From: a virus
IMG/VR virus record: IMGVR_UViG_3300010165_000001
Coordinates: 64,001 to 128,000 of that record
Strand: one strand, 5' to 3'
DNA: 64,000 bases
Below, one piece after another: positions 39,052-47,256 of this stretch. The translations under genes were made by a program, and so were the position numbers. The notes below the pieces were generated by a model, which saw nothing but the letters and a program-made list of their open reading frames with translations, did not search any database and was not told the DNA's origin. Numbering within the stretch: the stretch's first letter is position 1; each line of letters opens with the position of its first letter.

Positions 39052-41496
39052 TTAATCGTAAATAAACTTAGCATTTTTCCCTTCAGGTGAACTCATTTGT
39101 ATTGTTCTTTCACCATAACCTTTTGGTGTATCATAGTTGTATTCAGAAACATGGAAAGATTTACCATCACTTGATACAGATTCAACAAAAGCTACGTGAC
39201 CATATTGACCTGAACCACCTGCTACCCCTCTTTGCCAAACACCAACTGCACCTTGTTTAGGTGTACTTCCTGTTTTAACTCCTGCTGCTTTAGCTGTTCC
39301 TATCCATTCGGCAGCATCTCCTGCAAATGGTGTGCTTAATCCTAGTTCATATCGTCTATTGTAACAATACCAAGTACATTGTCTAGCCCATTGACCTGTG
39401 TTAGGGTTTCCTGGTGCTATCCATGAAGTATTTGATTTATTTTTAGGTGTCGGTAGTTTACCTTTATATTTTTTAAGACCTGATAGTGTTCCCCCACCAT
39501 GTTCACTTCCACCATCACCATCTCCATCACCAGATTTCTTCTTCTTAGAAGCTACACCTTCTTCTTTAAGTTGTGTTAAAGTTTTCTCTCCTAAATATCC
39601 ACCTAAGAAATCTACACTTTGACCCCATAAGAAAGCAAATCTATTAGATGAACCTGATTCATTTTTATCATTAGGTTCCATTCTTAAACCTCTTGTTACT
39701 CCTAGAGTTGTTGTGTACCCTTGTTGCATATCAAAGTTATGTTCAACAGATTCTATATAATATTCCCAACGTTCATTATTCTGTCTATTGTGCATGATTA
39801 ATCTTTTACCTAAATCATAATCTCCACTACCTAATACTGTTAGTGTACCGTTAGAGAAGTTTTGGTTTGCATGATACCAATTAAATAATTTTTTAGAGAA
39901 TATAGAAAAAGCATTATCACCTGCAGCTGCTCCTGTTTCTTGAGCATTTTGAACTCTTTGTTTAGCTCTATCTGTAAACTTCTTATAGTCTTCTGAAGTT
40001 AAAGCACCTTTTTTCTTCTTAAAATCTGCTGTTAATTGTGCTATATGTGTTTCTTTAATCATAGGGTATTTTTCTTTAATTGCTTTAGTTAATTTCTTAT
40101 AATCACTATCTTCTTTAAAAGTTTCTTTGAATTTACTTTGAGGATATTTACCTTCTACAAAACTTTGTACGTCTTTTGCTGAAGGGAATTTACTAATTGC
40201 ATCTTCAGTTACTTTTCTATTAGGGTCTATTCCTGTTACTTCTTGGAAGTATTCAGGAGGTAAACTGTTTGTTTTAATATATTTCTCTACAAGTTTCTTA
40301 GCTTTAGGTTTATCTAATCCTCTATATTTAGAAGACATTCTCTTGACAATTCCATCTTTATCTCTAGAAACACGTTTTTGTCCTAAGTCTTCAAGTTCGT
40401 TAAATATTTGGTCGTATGTTATTTCAACATTACCTTTATCGTCATTTTCTTGACTATCTCCTTCTTCAGAGTTACTATCTGAATCAGTCATAGGTAAGAA
40501 CATGTATTCTGCTTCTAGTTTCTTATACCCATACCTATTTCTTAAAGCTCTATGAGTTTGTGGTTTAGAAGATACTGTAGAAGATAATTCTTTAGTTTGT
40601 TGTGGTGTTACAACATTAAATACTGCGTATGATTCAACATCAGATTTACCTAAGTCTTCATTAATTAATCTTCCAGTGTCTTCATGAACAATTTCTAAAG
40701 CTCTCCAGTCACTTGGGTCAAATGGGGTTCTCCTTAATACTAATTCTGACTTGCCTTCTTCTCCATTTCTAAAGAATAATTCATTAAATGGTTTACAAGT
40801 AATTAAATCTAACATCTGTTTGAAATTACCGTCAAAATTAATTAAGTTTGAATGGTCTTGTAAGTTTTCATATTCTTCCCAACTAGCTAAGTTTCTAGTA
40901 AAGTTACTCTTAAGTGTTTTATCTACATTACCATTCTCACCTGAGTAATCATATTTCATATATTCTAAAAATCTATCTAAAGCTGAATTCATAACTTCTT
41001 TTGCTGTTTTACCAGTAAATTCAATACCATGTTCTTTATCATCTGGTAACCATCCTACACTAGAAGAAAGAACTGCACTTACTTCTTGTATAATACCTAA
41101 ACCAAAGTTTAAAAATGGTTTAGAGAATGATTGTCCTGTTACTCTGTATACTGCTTTATCATTAGAGTGTTCTCCAACTGTAGATACTTGACTTACCATT
41201 CCGTTTAGTATTAAGTGCTCTTTTCCATCTATAATTGTTTCATCTTCTATTACGTATATTTTAATAATATCATTTGCTTGTAGCACTCTATCCCATTGAA
41301 CATCTCCGTAGAGGATAATTTGGAATACTGCACTATCATCAGACATTGAGTTTTTTGTTTGAAATTGTATAGCACGACTTGTTTTTTCTTTATCAGTAGC
41401 TGAAGCTCTTGCTTCATATTCAAAAGATACAGCATTAGTATCGTTAATAGCCTCTACTCTGAATCTTGGTCGTCTTACGTGATAGCTTTTAGTCAA
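39052..41496 (-). CDS. Tail-associated murein hydrolase with a C-terminal CHAP domain
   Basis: 814 aa. A Gly/Asp linker (SGDGDGDGGSEHGGG) is followed by a CHAP domain (..WARQCTWYCYNRRYELG...QYGHVAFVESV..). Size and position match the ~808-aa tail lysin I recall in phage K. Confidence 0.75.
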   Translation of the reverse strand: MTKSYHVRRPRFRVEAINDTNAVSFEYEARASATDKEKTSRAIQFQTKNSMSDDSAVFQIILYGDVQWDRVLQANDIIKIYVIEDETIIDGKEHLILNGMVSQVSTVGEHSNDKAVYRVTGQSFSKPFLNFGLGIIQEVSAVLSSSVGWLPDDKEHGIEFTGKTAKEVMNSALDRFLEYMKYDYSGENGNVDKTLKSNFTRNLASWEEYENLQDHSNLINFDGNFKQMLDLITCKPFNELFFRNGEEGKSELVLRRTPFDPSDWRALEIVHEDTGRLINEDLGKSDVESYAVFNVVTPQQTKELSSTVSSKPQTHRALRNRYGYKKLEAEYMFLPMTDSDSNSEEGDSQENDDKGNVEITYDQIFNELEDLGQKRVSRDKDGIVKRMSSKYRGLDKPKAKKLVEKYIKTNSLPPEYFQEVTGIDPNRKVTEDAISKFPSAKDVQSFVEGKYPQSKFKETFKEDSDYKKLTKAIKEKYPMIKETHIAQLTADFKKKKGALTSEDYKKFTDRAKQRVQNAQETGAAAGDNAFSIFSKKLFNWYHANQNFSNGTLTVLGSGDYDLGKRLIMHNRQNNERWEYYIESVEHNFDMQQGYTTTLGVTRGLRMEPNDKNESGSSNRFAFLWGQSVDFLGGYLGEKTLTQLKEEGVASKKKKSGDGDGDGGSEHGGGTLSGLKKYKGKLPTPKNKSNTSWIAPGNPNTGQWARQCTWYCYNRRYELGLSTPFAGDAAEWIGTAKAAGVKTGSTPKQGAVGVWQRGVAGGSGQYGHVAFVESVSSDGKSFHVSEYNYDTPKGYGERTIQMSSPEGKNAKFIYD

Positions 41497-41544
41497 TCAG
41501 TGTCACTCCTTTTTTTATATGTATACATAGTAGGTTTTACCCTA

Positions 41545-44500
41545 CTATGTTCTTCGATAGTTATTTTGGAAAATATCAAAATCACTTGAATCAAAGTAAC
41601 TATCTAATCTCTCTCTAACAGCTTGTGCTGTTTCTGCTGGACTATCCCCGCCATTAATATTTATACTTACTGATACGTTAGCAGTATTACCTGAGGTTGG
41701 TTGAGTCATTGTTGCTTGCTGACTTTGTAAAGTAGCCATGGAGCGGTTTGTGTATGTTGGTTCAGATGACCAATCTTTACCGCCTCCACCACCTCCATAT
41801 TTTTTCTTAAAGGATTTAGCATTGTTAACTCTAGTACCCATCATAGCTTCATGTGCACCCATACGTTCAAATCCTGTAGCAAATGCTTGAGTATTTTTCT
41901 CAAGACTAGCATTTTTACTCCATCCTGCATTTTTAAGACTGTTACTCTCATAATCTGATTGCATTTCTTTCCATAGATAATCTAATTGAACATCTAAATC
42001 ACTTGATTTTTTTCCTTTAGATTTAGCAAAATTATCTAGTCCCGTTTTTCTAGAACCTAGCCATTGAGCTATACCAAAAGCTCCGCTAGAAGGGTTTTTA
42101 GCATTAGGGTCAAGATTAGATTCTTGTTTTAGGTTACCCATAATAGCTCCTACCTGATTATCAGATAGTCCTTTAGATTTTAAGAAATTATATATTTTCT
42201 TAGAACCACTACCTCCAACGTCTGATGCACTGCCTCCTGAGTCCTCTGAATCACTATCTCCTCCAGCATCTAAACCTTTAGCTTCTTGGATAGATTGTTC
42301 CCAACGTGTTAGTAGGTTTTTGAACATGTTTAAATTCTCAGATTCAGATTTATTGTTTTTCTGTCTTAGTTCTTCAGCAGTCATTTTTTTCTTCTTATTT
42401 TCTGAGCCTTTGATACTATTTTCTTGTCCTCCTGAATTTTCAGTATTATCATAAGCTCCTGCAATTCCAGTGGAATCTTGTCCTCCACCGCCACCACCTT
42501 TAGCTTCATTTCCTCCACCAAAGAGTGACTTGATTCCATTAATAGCTCCCATAACAGGTTTACCTACAACAGAATCTCCGAAACCACCTTTACCATCTTT
42601 ATCTCCGTTACCCCAACTAAAGTCTACAAGTCCACCTTTTCCAACGATATTTCCTTTTTTAATAGCTTCATTGTTTTTCTTAGTAGTATCATAAGCGTAT
42701 TCTCCTACAGAGCCACCTAAAAGTCCTCCTGCAGTCGCTCCAATAGCTGTACCTATTCCAGGTACTACAGAACCTAGAGTTCCTCCTATAGTAGCTCCTG
42801 CTGTTGCTCCTACACCACCACTAGCACCTTTCATATCTCCTTGCATTAAGGAACTTCCAATTCCTAAAGCACTTAAGGCTCCTCCTACAAGAGGTATTCC
42901 TTTACCGAATTTACCAACCTTACCTAGCTTACCTAGCATACCTGAACCTTTACCTAAAGTTTTACTCATATTACCTGTAGGTGATTGTCCACCAAAGCTA
43001 GATAGTTTTCCAAATCCTTTTTGGGAAAATCCTTTAGATTTATCAAAACCCTTACCTAATATAGATTCAGTTTTAGATACTTTTTCGGACTTAGCTAAAT
43101 CACTTAGTTTACCTTTAGCCATATTAGGGAATCCTCTTAAAGCTTTATCCCCTTTAAGGAATTTAATTCCAGCTCTTTTACCTAGTCGTTTAGTTCCACC
43201 TTTTTTATAACTGTCTTTACCTTTACCGTAGATACCTTTACCTTTTTCAAATCCTTTTTTACCTAGGTCTCCTAATTTACCTATTCCACCATTCATAAGA
43301 GCTTCCATAGCCATCATTTGCATCATCATAGAACCCATAGAACCCATAGATGAACCGCCTGTAGGATTTCCTTCTTCATCGGTTTGTCCACCACTCATCA
43401 TGGAACCCATCATCATAGGCATCATACCAAATCTAGCCATTCGTCCTCCTGCTTGACCGATTTTACCTAACATACCTTTACGTTTTCCACCTTCTTGAGT
43501 GTCCCCACCTCCAAATGGGCTTCCCATCATTCCGCCCATCATCATTCCAGACATCATTCCGTTATCTACAATACCACTAGAACCTGAGCTTTTTTCATTA
43601 GATTTTCCACTTGCTCGTTTTCTTCCTCTAGGAGTACCTCCTAAGTTTGTACCTTTTCCTGATTTGTTATCTTTATCTGCTCTTTGACGAGTCATAGAGG
43701 AACCTCTTCTATTCATTGCTCCTCCTGCACGTTTCATTCCATAAGCTCCACCCATCATTGCAGCAGATGAAGCCATACTTGCTGCTAGTGCTTCTCCAGC
43801 AACCATTATTTGATAAAAAACTGGATTTAATCCAGCTAACATTCCTTGGAAGTTTCTTAAAGCTCCTAATGATTCATATAAAGCTTGTGATTGAGCTTCT
43901 TGTCTAGATTGTGTTGTGTTATCTTTACCTTGTTGTTGTTCTGATTGGTCTTTGTTGTTTTTGTCTATCTCACTAGAGTCTTGGTATTCTTTTACTTTCT
44001 TACCTAATTCTTCCTCAGATAATTCACCTTTGTCATACAACTTCATGATTTCTTCAGCTTGTTGTCCACTAAGTCCAAAATTATCCATGAGACCCATACC
44101 AGTAGCAGCTTCTTGTTCAGATGTTGCTGTACCATAGAATCCCATGAATTGACTTAAGTTCTCCCCTAGTTTACTAGGGTCTCCTAAATCTTTTCTTTGT
44201 TGCCATGCTCCTGTAACACCTGTGTATTCAGAACCGAACCCCATTATATTTCTCATTGAAGGGTCTTGGTATGCTCCCGCAATACCTTGTTGGATTTGGT
44301 TTAAAGCATTTGCACCTTTTTCACCTTGTAATGCTTTATTACCTGATTCTGCAAAAGTACCCTGTAAACTAGCAATAGAATTTAAATCAGCAGTTGAAAG
44401 TTCACGTTGAGCTCCCATTGTATTAGACATAGAAGATAAAGCTTTTAGTTGTTCATCTGCTTGGGCTTTCATACCTGATTCTTTAATACCGCCAGATACT

Positions 44501-45885
44501 GTTTTTTGGAATTGTTTTAAATCTACATCATCACCAATTCCACCACTGTGCATAATATCTGTCATAGATTTTAAGTAAGATTCTGTATCAGCTACACCCA
44601 TACCTCTAGCTCCTGTAGCTAGTTCTGTTGTGATTTCTTCTTGGTTTGGTAATCCTTTATCTCCAATTGCTTGCATAGCTTGCGAAGACATTTTAACAAG
44701 TTCAGAAGGTTTAAATCCTAACCCTCTATCATCGGATGCTCGGAATAAGTTTTTTCTTAGAGAAGAATAATCACTTGCACCTGTTTGTTGTCCTAGTGCT
44801 ATTTCTTCCCCTCTAATACCTTCTAGAGAGCTTTTACCTTGAGCGTATTGTAAACCTAGTGCTCCACCTACTCCCATAGTAGCATGAGATGCGATGGATG
44901 GTGCACGTTCTAAAGCAGTACCTAGTAACGTATCTCGACTTCTAGCTACTCTTCCTTGTTCAAATTGTTGTCTTGTTGCTCCAGTTTTACCTAAGTCGTT
45001 AGTCATACTTTTTAAGTTAGAGACATATTTTTCTCTCTCTTTAATTTCTTTATCGTATTGACTTGATAAGGTAGAATTATAAGCTGTTTGCTCTCTATGT
45101 TCTTCTTTTCCAATTTTATTACTTGAGTAGTCTGTATTTGTTTTCTCTTGATTTTTAGCAATATCTTCTTGTTTTTTTCTTAACTCTTTTAAAGAGGCTT
45201 TAGCTTTCTTAAGCTCATTTCTATATTGGTCATAATCTTGGTTTAAAGCTTTAGCTACTTCTGCACCATCTCTAGCAGAGTATTTACCATCTCTACGTTC
45301 TCTTTCATTTGCAGATGTAATTCTGTTTCTTTGTTTATTTAAAGTCTTGTTAGCTTCTTTTGTTTGGTTTATATTTTTCACAGACTTTTCATATTCTTTA
45401 GGCATTTTACCTAAACGTTCCCAATCTTTAATCATTGCTTGAACGTTAGGGTCTCTTGTTGTTTTTAAACCATTAAACTCTTTTTGTTGTTTAATTGTCT
45501 GACTCATTGTTCCATTCAAACCATTTAATGTTTGATGTAACATATCATAATCAGCTTTAATACCTTTAGATAATCCAGTCTTCTGAACATCTTGTAATAC
45601 ACCTTGTAAGTCTTTCATATGTTTAGTCATTTCTTGTGTTATCTTTAATGAACTATTCATATCTTTAGAAGATACAATTGTATTACCTTCGTTTTTACTC
45701 ATTATCTTTTGTAATTGTTTGTTTAAATCTACAGCTTTTCTAATCTTTTGTTCATAGTCTTTTAAAGGCTTAGACATATTTTGATTTTCAATAGCTTTTA
45801 GATTTGTAAGTATTGTCTCCAGTTCCTTGTTTAGTTTGGAACCATCACCATTTATGGTTAAATTATAAGTCTCATTCATTGCCAT
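41545..45885 (-). CDS. Tape measure protein with an embedded lysozyme-like (phage tail lysozyme) domain
   Basis: 1446 aa and the largest ORF in the window, lying downstream of the chaperone genes. It has an N-terminal coiled coil, Gly/Met-rich segments, and ..KGLSDNQVGAIMGNLKQESNLDPNAKNPSSGAFGIAQW.., a glycosidase-like E-S...G-I-A-Q-W motif. Confidence 0.8.
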   Translation of the reverse strand: MAMNETYNLTINGDGSKLNKELETILTNLKAIENQNMSKPLKDYEQKIRKAVDLNKQLQKIMSKNEGNTIVSSKDMNSSLKITQEMTKHMKDLQGVLQDVQKTGLSKGIKADYDMLHQTLNGLNGTMSQTIKQQKEFNGLKTTRDPNVQAMIKDWERLGKMPKEYEKSVKNINQTKEANKTLNKQRNRITSANERERRDGKYSARDGAEVAKALNQDYDQYRNELKKAKASLKELRKKQEDIAKNQEKTNTDYSSNKIGKEEHREQTAYNSTLSSQYDKEIKEREKYVSNLKSMTNDLGKTGATRQQFEQGRVARSRDTLLGTALERAPSIASHATMGVGGALGLQYAQGKSSLEGIRGEEIALGQQTGASDYSSLRKNLFRASDDRGLGFKPSELVKMSSQAMQAIGDKGLPNQEEITTELATGARGMGVADTESYLKSMTDIMHSGGIGDDVDLKQFQKTVSGGIKESGMKAQADEQLKALSSMSNTMGAQRELSTADLNSIASLQGTFAESGNKALQGEKGANALNQIQQGIAGAYQDPSMRNIMGFGSEYTGVTGAWQQRKDLGDPSKLGENLSQFMGFYGTATSEQEAATGMGLMDNFGLSGQQAEEIMKLYDKGELSEEELGKKVKEYQDSSEIDKNNKDQSEQQQGKDNTTQSRQEAQSQALYESLGALRNFQGMLAGLNPVFYQIMVAGEALAASMASSAAMMGGAYGMKRAGGAMNRRGSSMTRQRADKDNKSGKGTNLGGTPRGRKRASGKSNEKSSGSSGIVDNGMMSGMMMGGMMGSPFGGGDTQEGGKRKGMLGKIGQAGGRMARFGMMPMMMGSMMSGGQTDEEGNPTGGSSMGSMGSMMMQMMAMEALMNGGIGKLGDLGKKGFEKGKGIYGKGKDSYKKGGTKRLGKRAGIKFLKGDKALRGFPNMAKGKLSDLAKSEKVSKTESILGKGFDKSKGFSQKGFGKLSSFGGQSPTGNMSKTLGKGSGMLGKLGKVGKFGKGIPLVGGALSALGIGSSLMQGDMKGASGGVGATAGATIGGTLGSVVPGIGTAIGATAGGLLGGSVGEYAYDTTKKNNEAIKKGNIVGKGGLVDFSWGNGDKDGKGGFGDSVVGKPVMGAINGIKSLFGGGNEAKGGGGGGQDSTGIAGAYDNTENSGGQENSIKGSENKKKKMTAEELRQKNNKSESENLNMFKNLLTRWEQSIQEAKGLDAGGDSDSEDSGGSASDVGGSGSKKIYNFLKSKGLSDNQVGAIMGNLKQESNLDPNAKNPSSGAFGIAQWLGSRKTGLDNFAKSKGKKSSDLDVQLDYLWKEMQSDYESNSLKNAGWSKNASLEKNTQAFATGFERMGAHEAMMGTRVNNAKSFKKKYGGGGGGKDWSSEPTYTNRSMATLQSQQATMTQPTSGNTANVSVSININGGDSPAETAQAVRERLDSYFDSSDFDIFQNNYRRT

Positions 45886-45939
45886 TTGTATACCACCACT
45901 TTTCTAAAAAAATAAGGTAGTGGATTTTAACCACCACCT

Positions 45940-46569
45940 TTAAATATCGAAGAAATCATCTGTCTCTTCTTCTGTACCATTAAATAAGCTTATTGCACTT
46001 TCTAAATCATCTTTAGTCATATCTTCTGGAACTGTTGTAGAAGGTTTTTCTTCTTTAATTTTTCCATTGTTTACTTCATCATCAAGTTCTTCTAATTGTT
46101 TATTAATATGTTCTCTAATTTCATCTTGATGGTTTTGTTTAATCATTTCTTGTTCTTCTTCTGAATAATCATCAGCCTTAATACGTTCTGCTTTCTTACG
46201 TCTTTCTGTTTCAGAAAGTAAAGCATCTACTTGTTTAGCTAAATCATCTTCATCATGGTCTTCACGTAATGGGTCAAACGTTTCAGAATCTTCGTTCCAC
46301 CATGAATCATCATCATCTTCAACTGTATTTTTAAGTCCTTTAGCCATTCTTTGTTGTTCTTTCATATCCATTTCCATATTAGCAAATATGTACTCTATTT
46401 GGTCAGGGGATAGATTTTGGAATCTTTCATCTGTAGGTAGTACTTGGAACTTTTCCATAATTCTCCACATATTACGACCATAGTTATTCTTCGCAACATG
46501 CTTCATACCTCCTAATTCTTGTATATCTCTTCTAGTAACGAAAGGTTGATTGAAATTCCATCCAATCAT
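45940..46569 (-). CDS. Tail assembly chaperone-like protein (downstream ORF of an overlapping pair)
   Basis: 209 aa and very acidic. Its ATG at 46569 has no Shine-Dalgarno sequence and lies 38 nt inside the upstream ORF. It sits immediately before the tape measure gene. Confidence 0.5.
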   Translation of the reverse strand: MIGWNFNQPFVTRRDIQELGGMKHVAKNNYGRNMWRIMEKFQVLPTDERFQNLSPDQIEYIFANMEMDMKEQQRMAKGLKNTVEDDDDSWWNEDSETFDPLREDHDEDDLAKQVDALLSETERRKKAERIKADDYSEEEQEMIKQNHQDEIREHINKQLEELDDEVNNGKIKEEKPSTTVPEDMTKDDLESAISLFNGTEEETDDFFDI

Positions 46570-47077
46570 TATACATTTGAATTAATGGGGCAGGGTTATA
46601 CACATCTTCCTCATTCTTGAAATACTTAGGAACTTCATCACCTACAACTTGTATTGTAGCTAACATTTCAAAAGCATAATAAATATATGCTGGTTGGTCT
46701 ACATCCGTACCTCCAAGGTATTTGGAGCGTAGAGCATTAATTTGACCTTGTTCAATCATGTTAGGTAAGTGTAATTTAATTGTGAATGTTAAACCTAACT
46801 CTCTAAAGTCATAGTGTTTAATGAATGAATCATTATACCCTCTTATAACCTTATCCAATACTTTTTGTTTCTCTTGTTCTTGTTTGTATTTGATTTCTTC
46901 TATTTCTTCTTTAGTCATTTCAGAAACAGGTTTTTGTTTTTCTTCTTTTTCTTTAGAATCCTCTTCTTTAGATTCTTCTTTTTTATCTTCTGTTTCTTTA
47001 GTATCTTTTTTATATTTTAATTCATCTATCTCTTCTTCGGTCATTTCAGATAAATCTTTTTTAGTTTCTTCAGCCAT
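46532..47077 (-). CDS. Tail assembly chaperone-like protein (upstream ORF of an overlapping pair)
   Basis: 181 aa with an acidic E/K-rich N-terminus. It is the first gene after the promoter and terminator that follow the tail tube gene. Its RBS is GAGGAGAAAG. Confidence 0.55.
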   Translation of the reverse strand: MAEETKKDLSEMTEEEIDELKYKKDTKETEDKKEESKEEDSKEKEEKQKPVSEMTKEEIEEIKYKQEQEKQKVLDKVIRGYNDSFIKHYDFRELGLTFTIKLHLPNMIEQGQINALRSKYLGGTDVDQPAYIYYAFEMLATIQVVGDEVPKYFKNEEDVYNPAPLIQMYNDWMEFQSTFRY

Positions 47078-47172
47078 AATATAAACACTTTCTCCTCTTC
47101 TTAGTAATTAATTTTTTCCTTTTACATATCTAATATAGCACGCAATAATATTATTCTATCCTATTTATATTA

Positions 47173-47200
47173 ATTATATCATATTATTTATGTATAACAA
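47173..47200 (-). promoter_or_regulatory. Sigma-A-type promoter for the chaperone/tape-measure operon
   Basis: On the minus strand: TTGTTA, a 16-nt spacer, then TGATATAAT (TG-extended -10). It lies between the terminator at 47210-47240 and the 47077 start. Confidence 0.5.
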
Positions 47201-47209
47201 AATAGGAAT

Positions 47210-47240
47210 AAAAAAAAGACCTAGAAATTAATCTAGGTCT
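47210..47240 (-). terminator. Rho-independent terminator after tail tube exon 3
   Basis: An 8-bp stem, agacctag/ctaggtct (47217-47224 / 47233-47240), is followed on the minus strand by T8. It lies 17 nt after the TAA at 47257-47259. Confidence 0.75.
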
Positions 47241-47256
47241 AAAATATTCTAAAATA

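Noticed and set aside
46504-46512. Internal GGAGGT-ATG as the real start of the second chaperone-position ORF
   Set aside because: The SD-to-ATG spacing is only 1-2 nt, which is too short for efficient initiation. I keep the 46569 start or the frameshift hypothesis instead.
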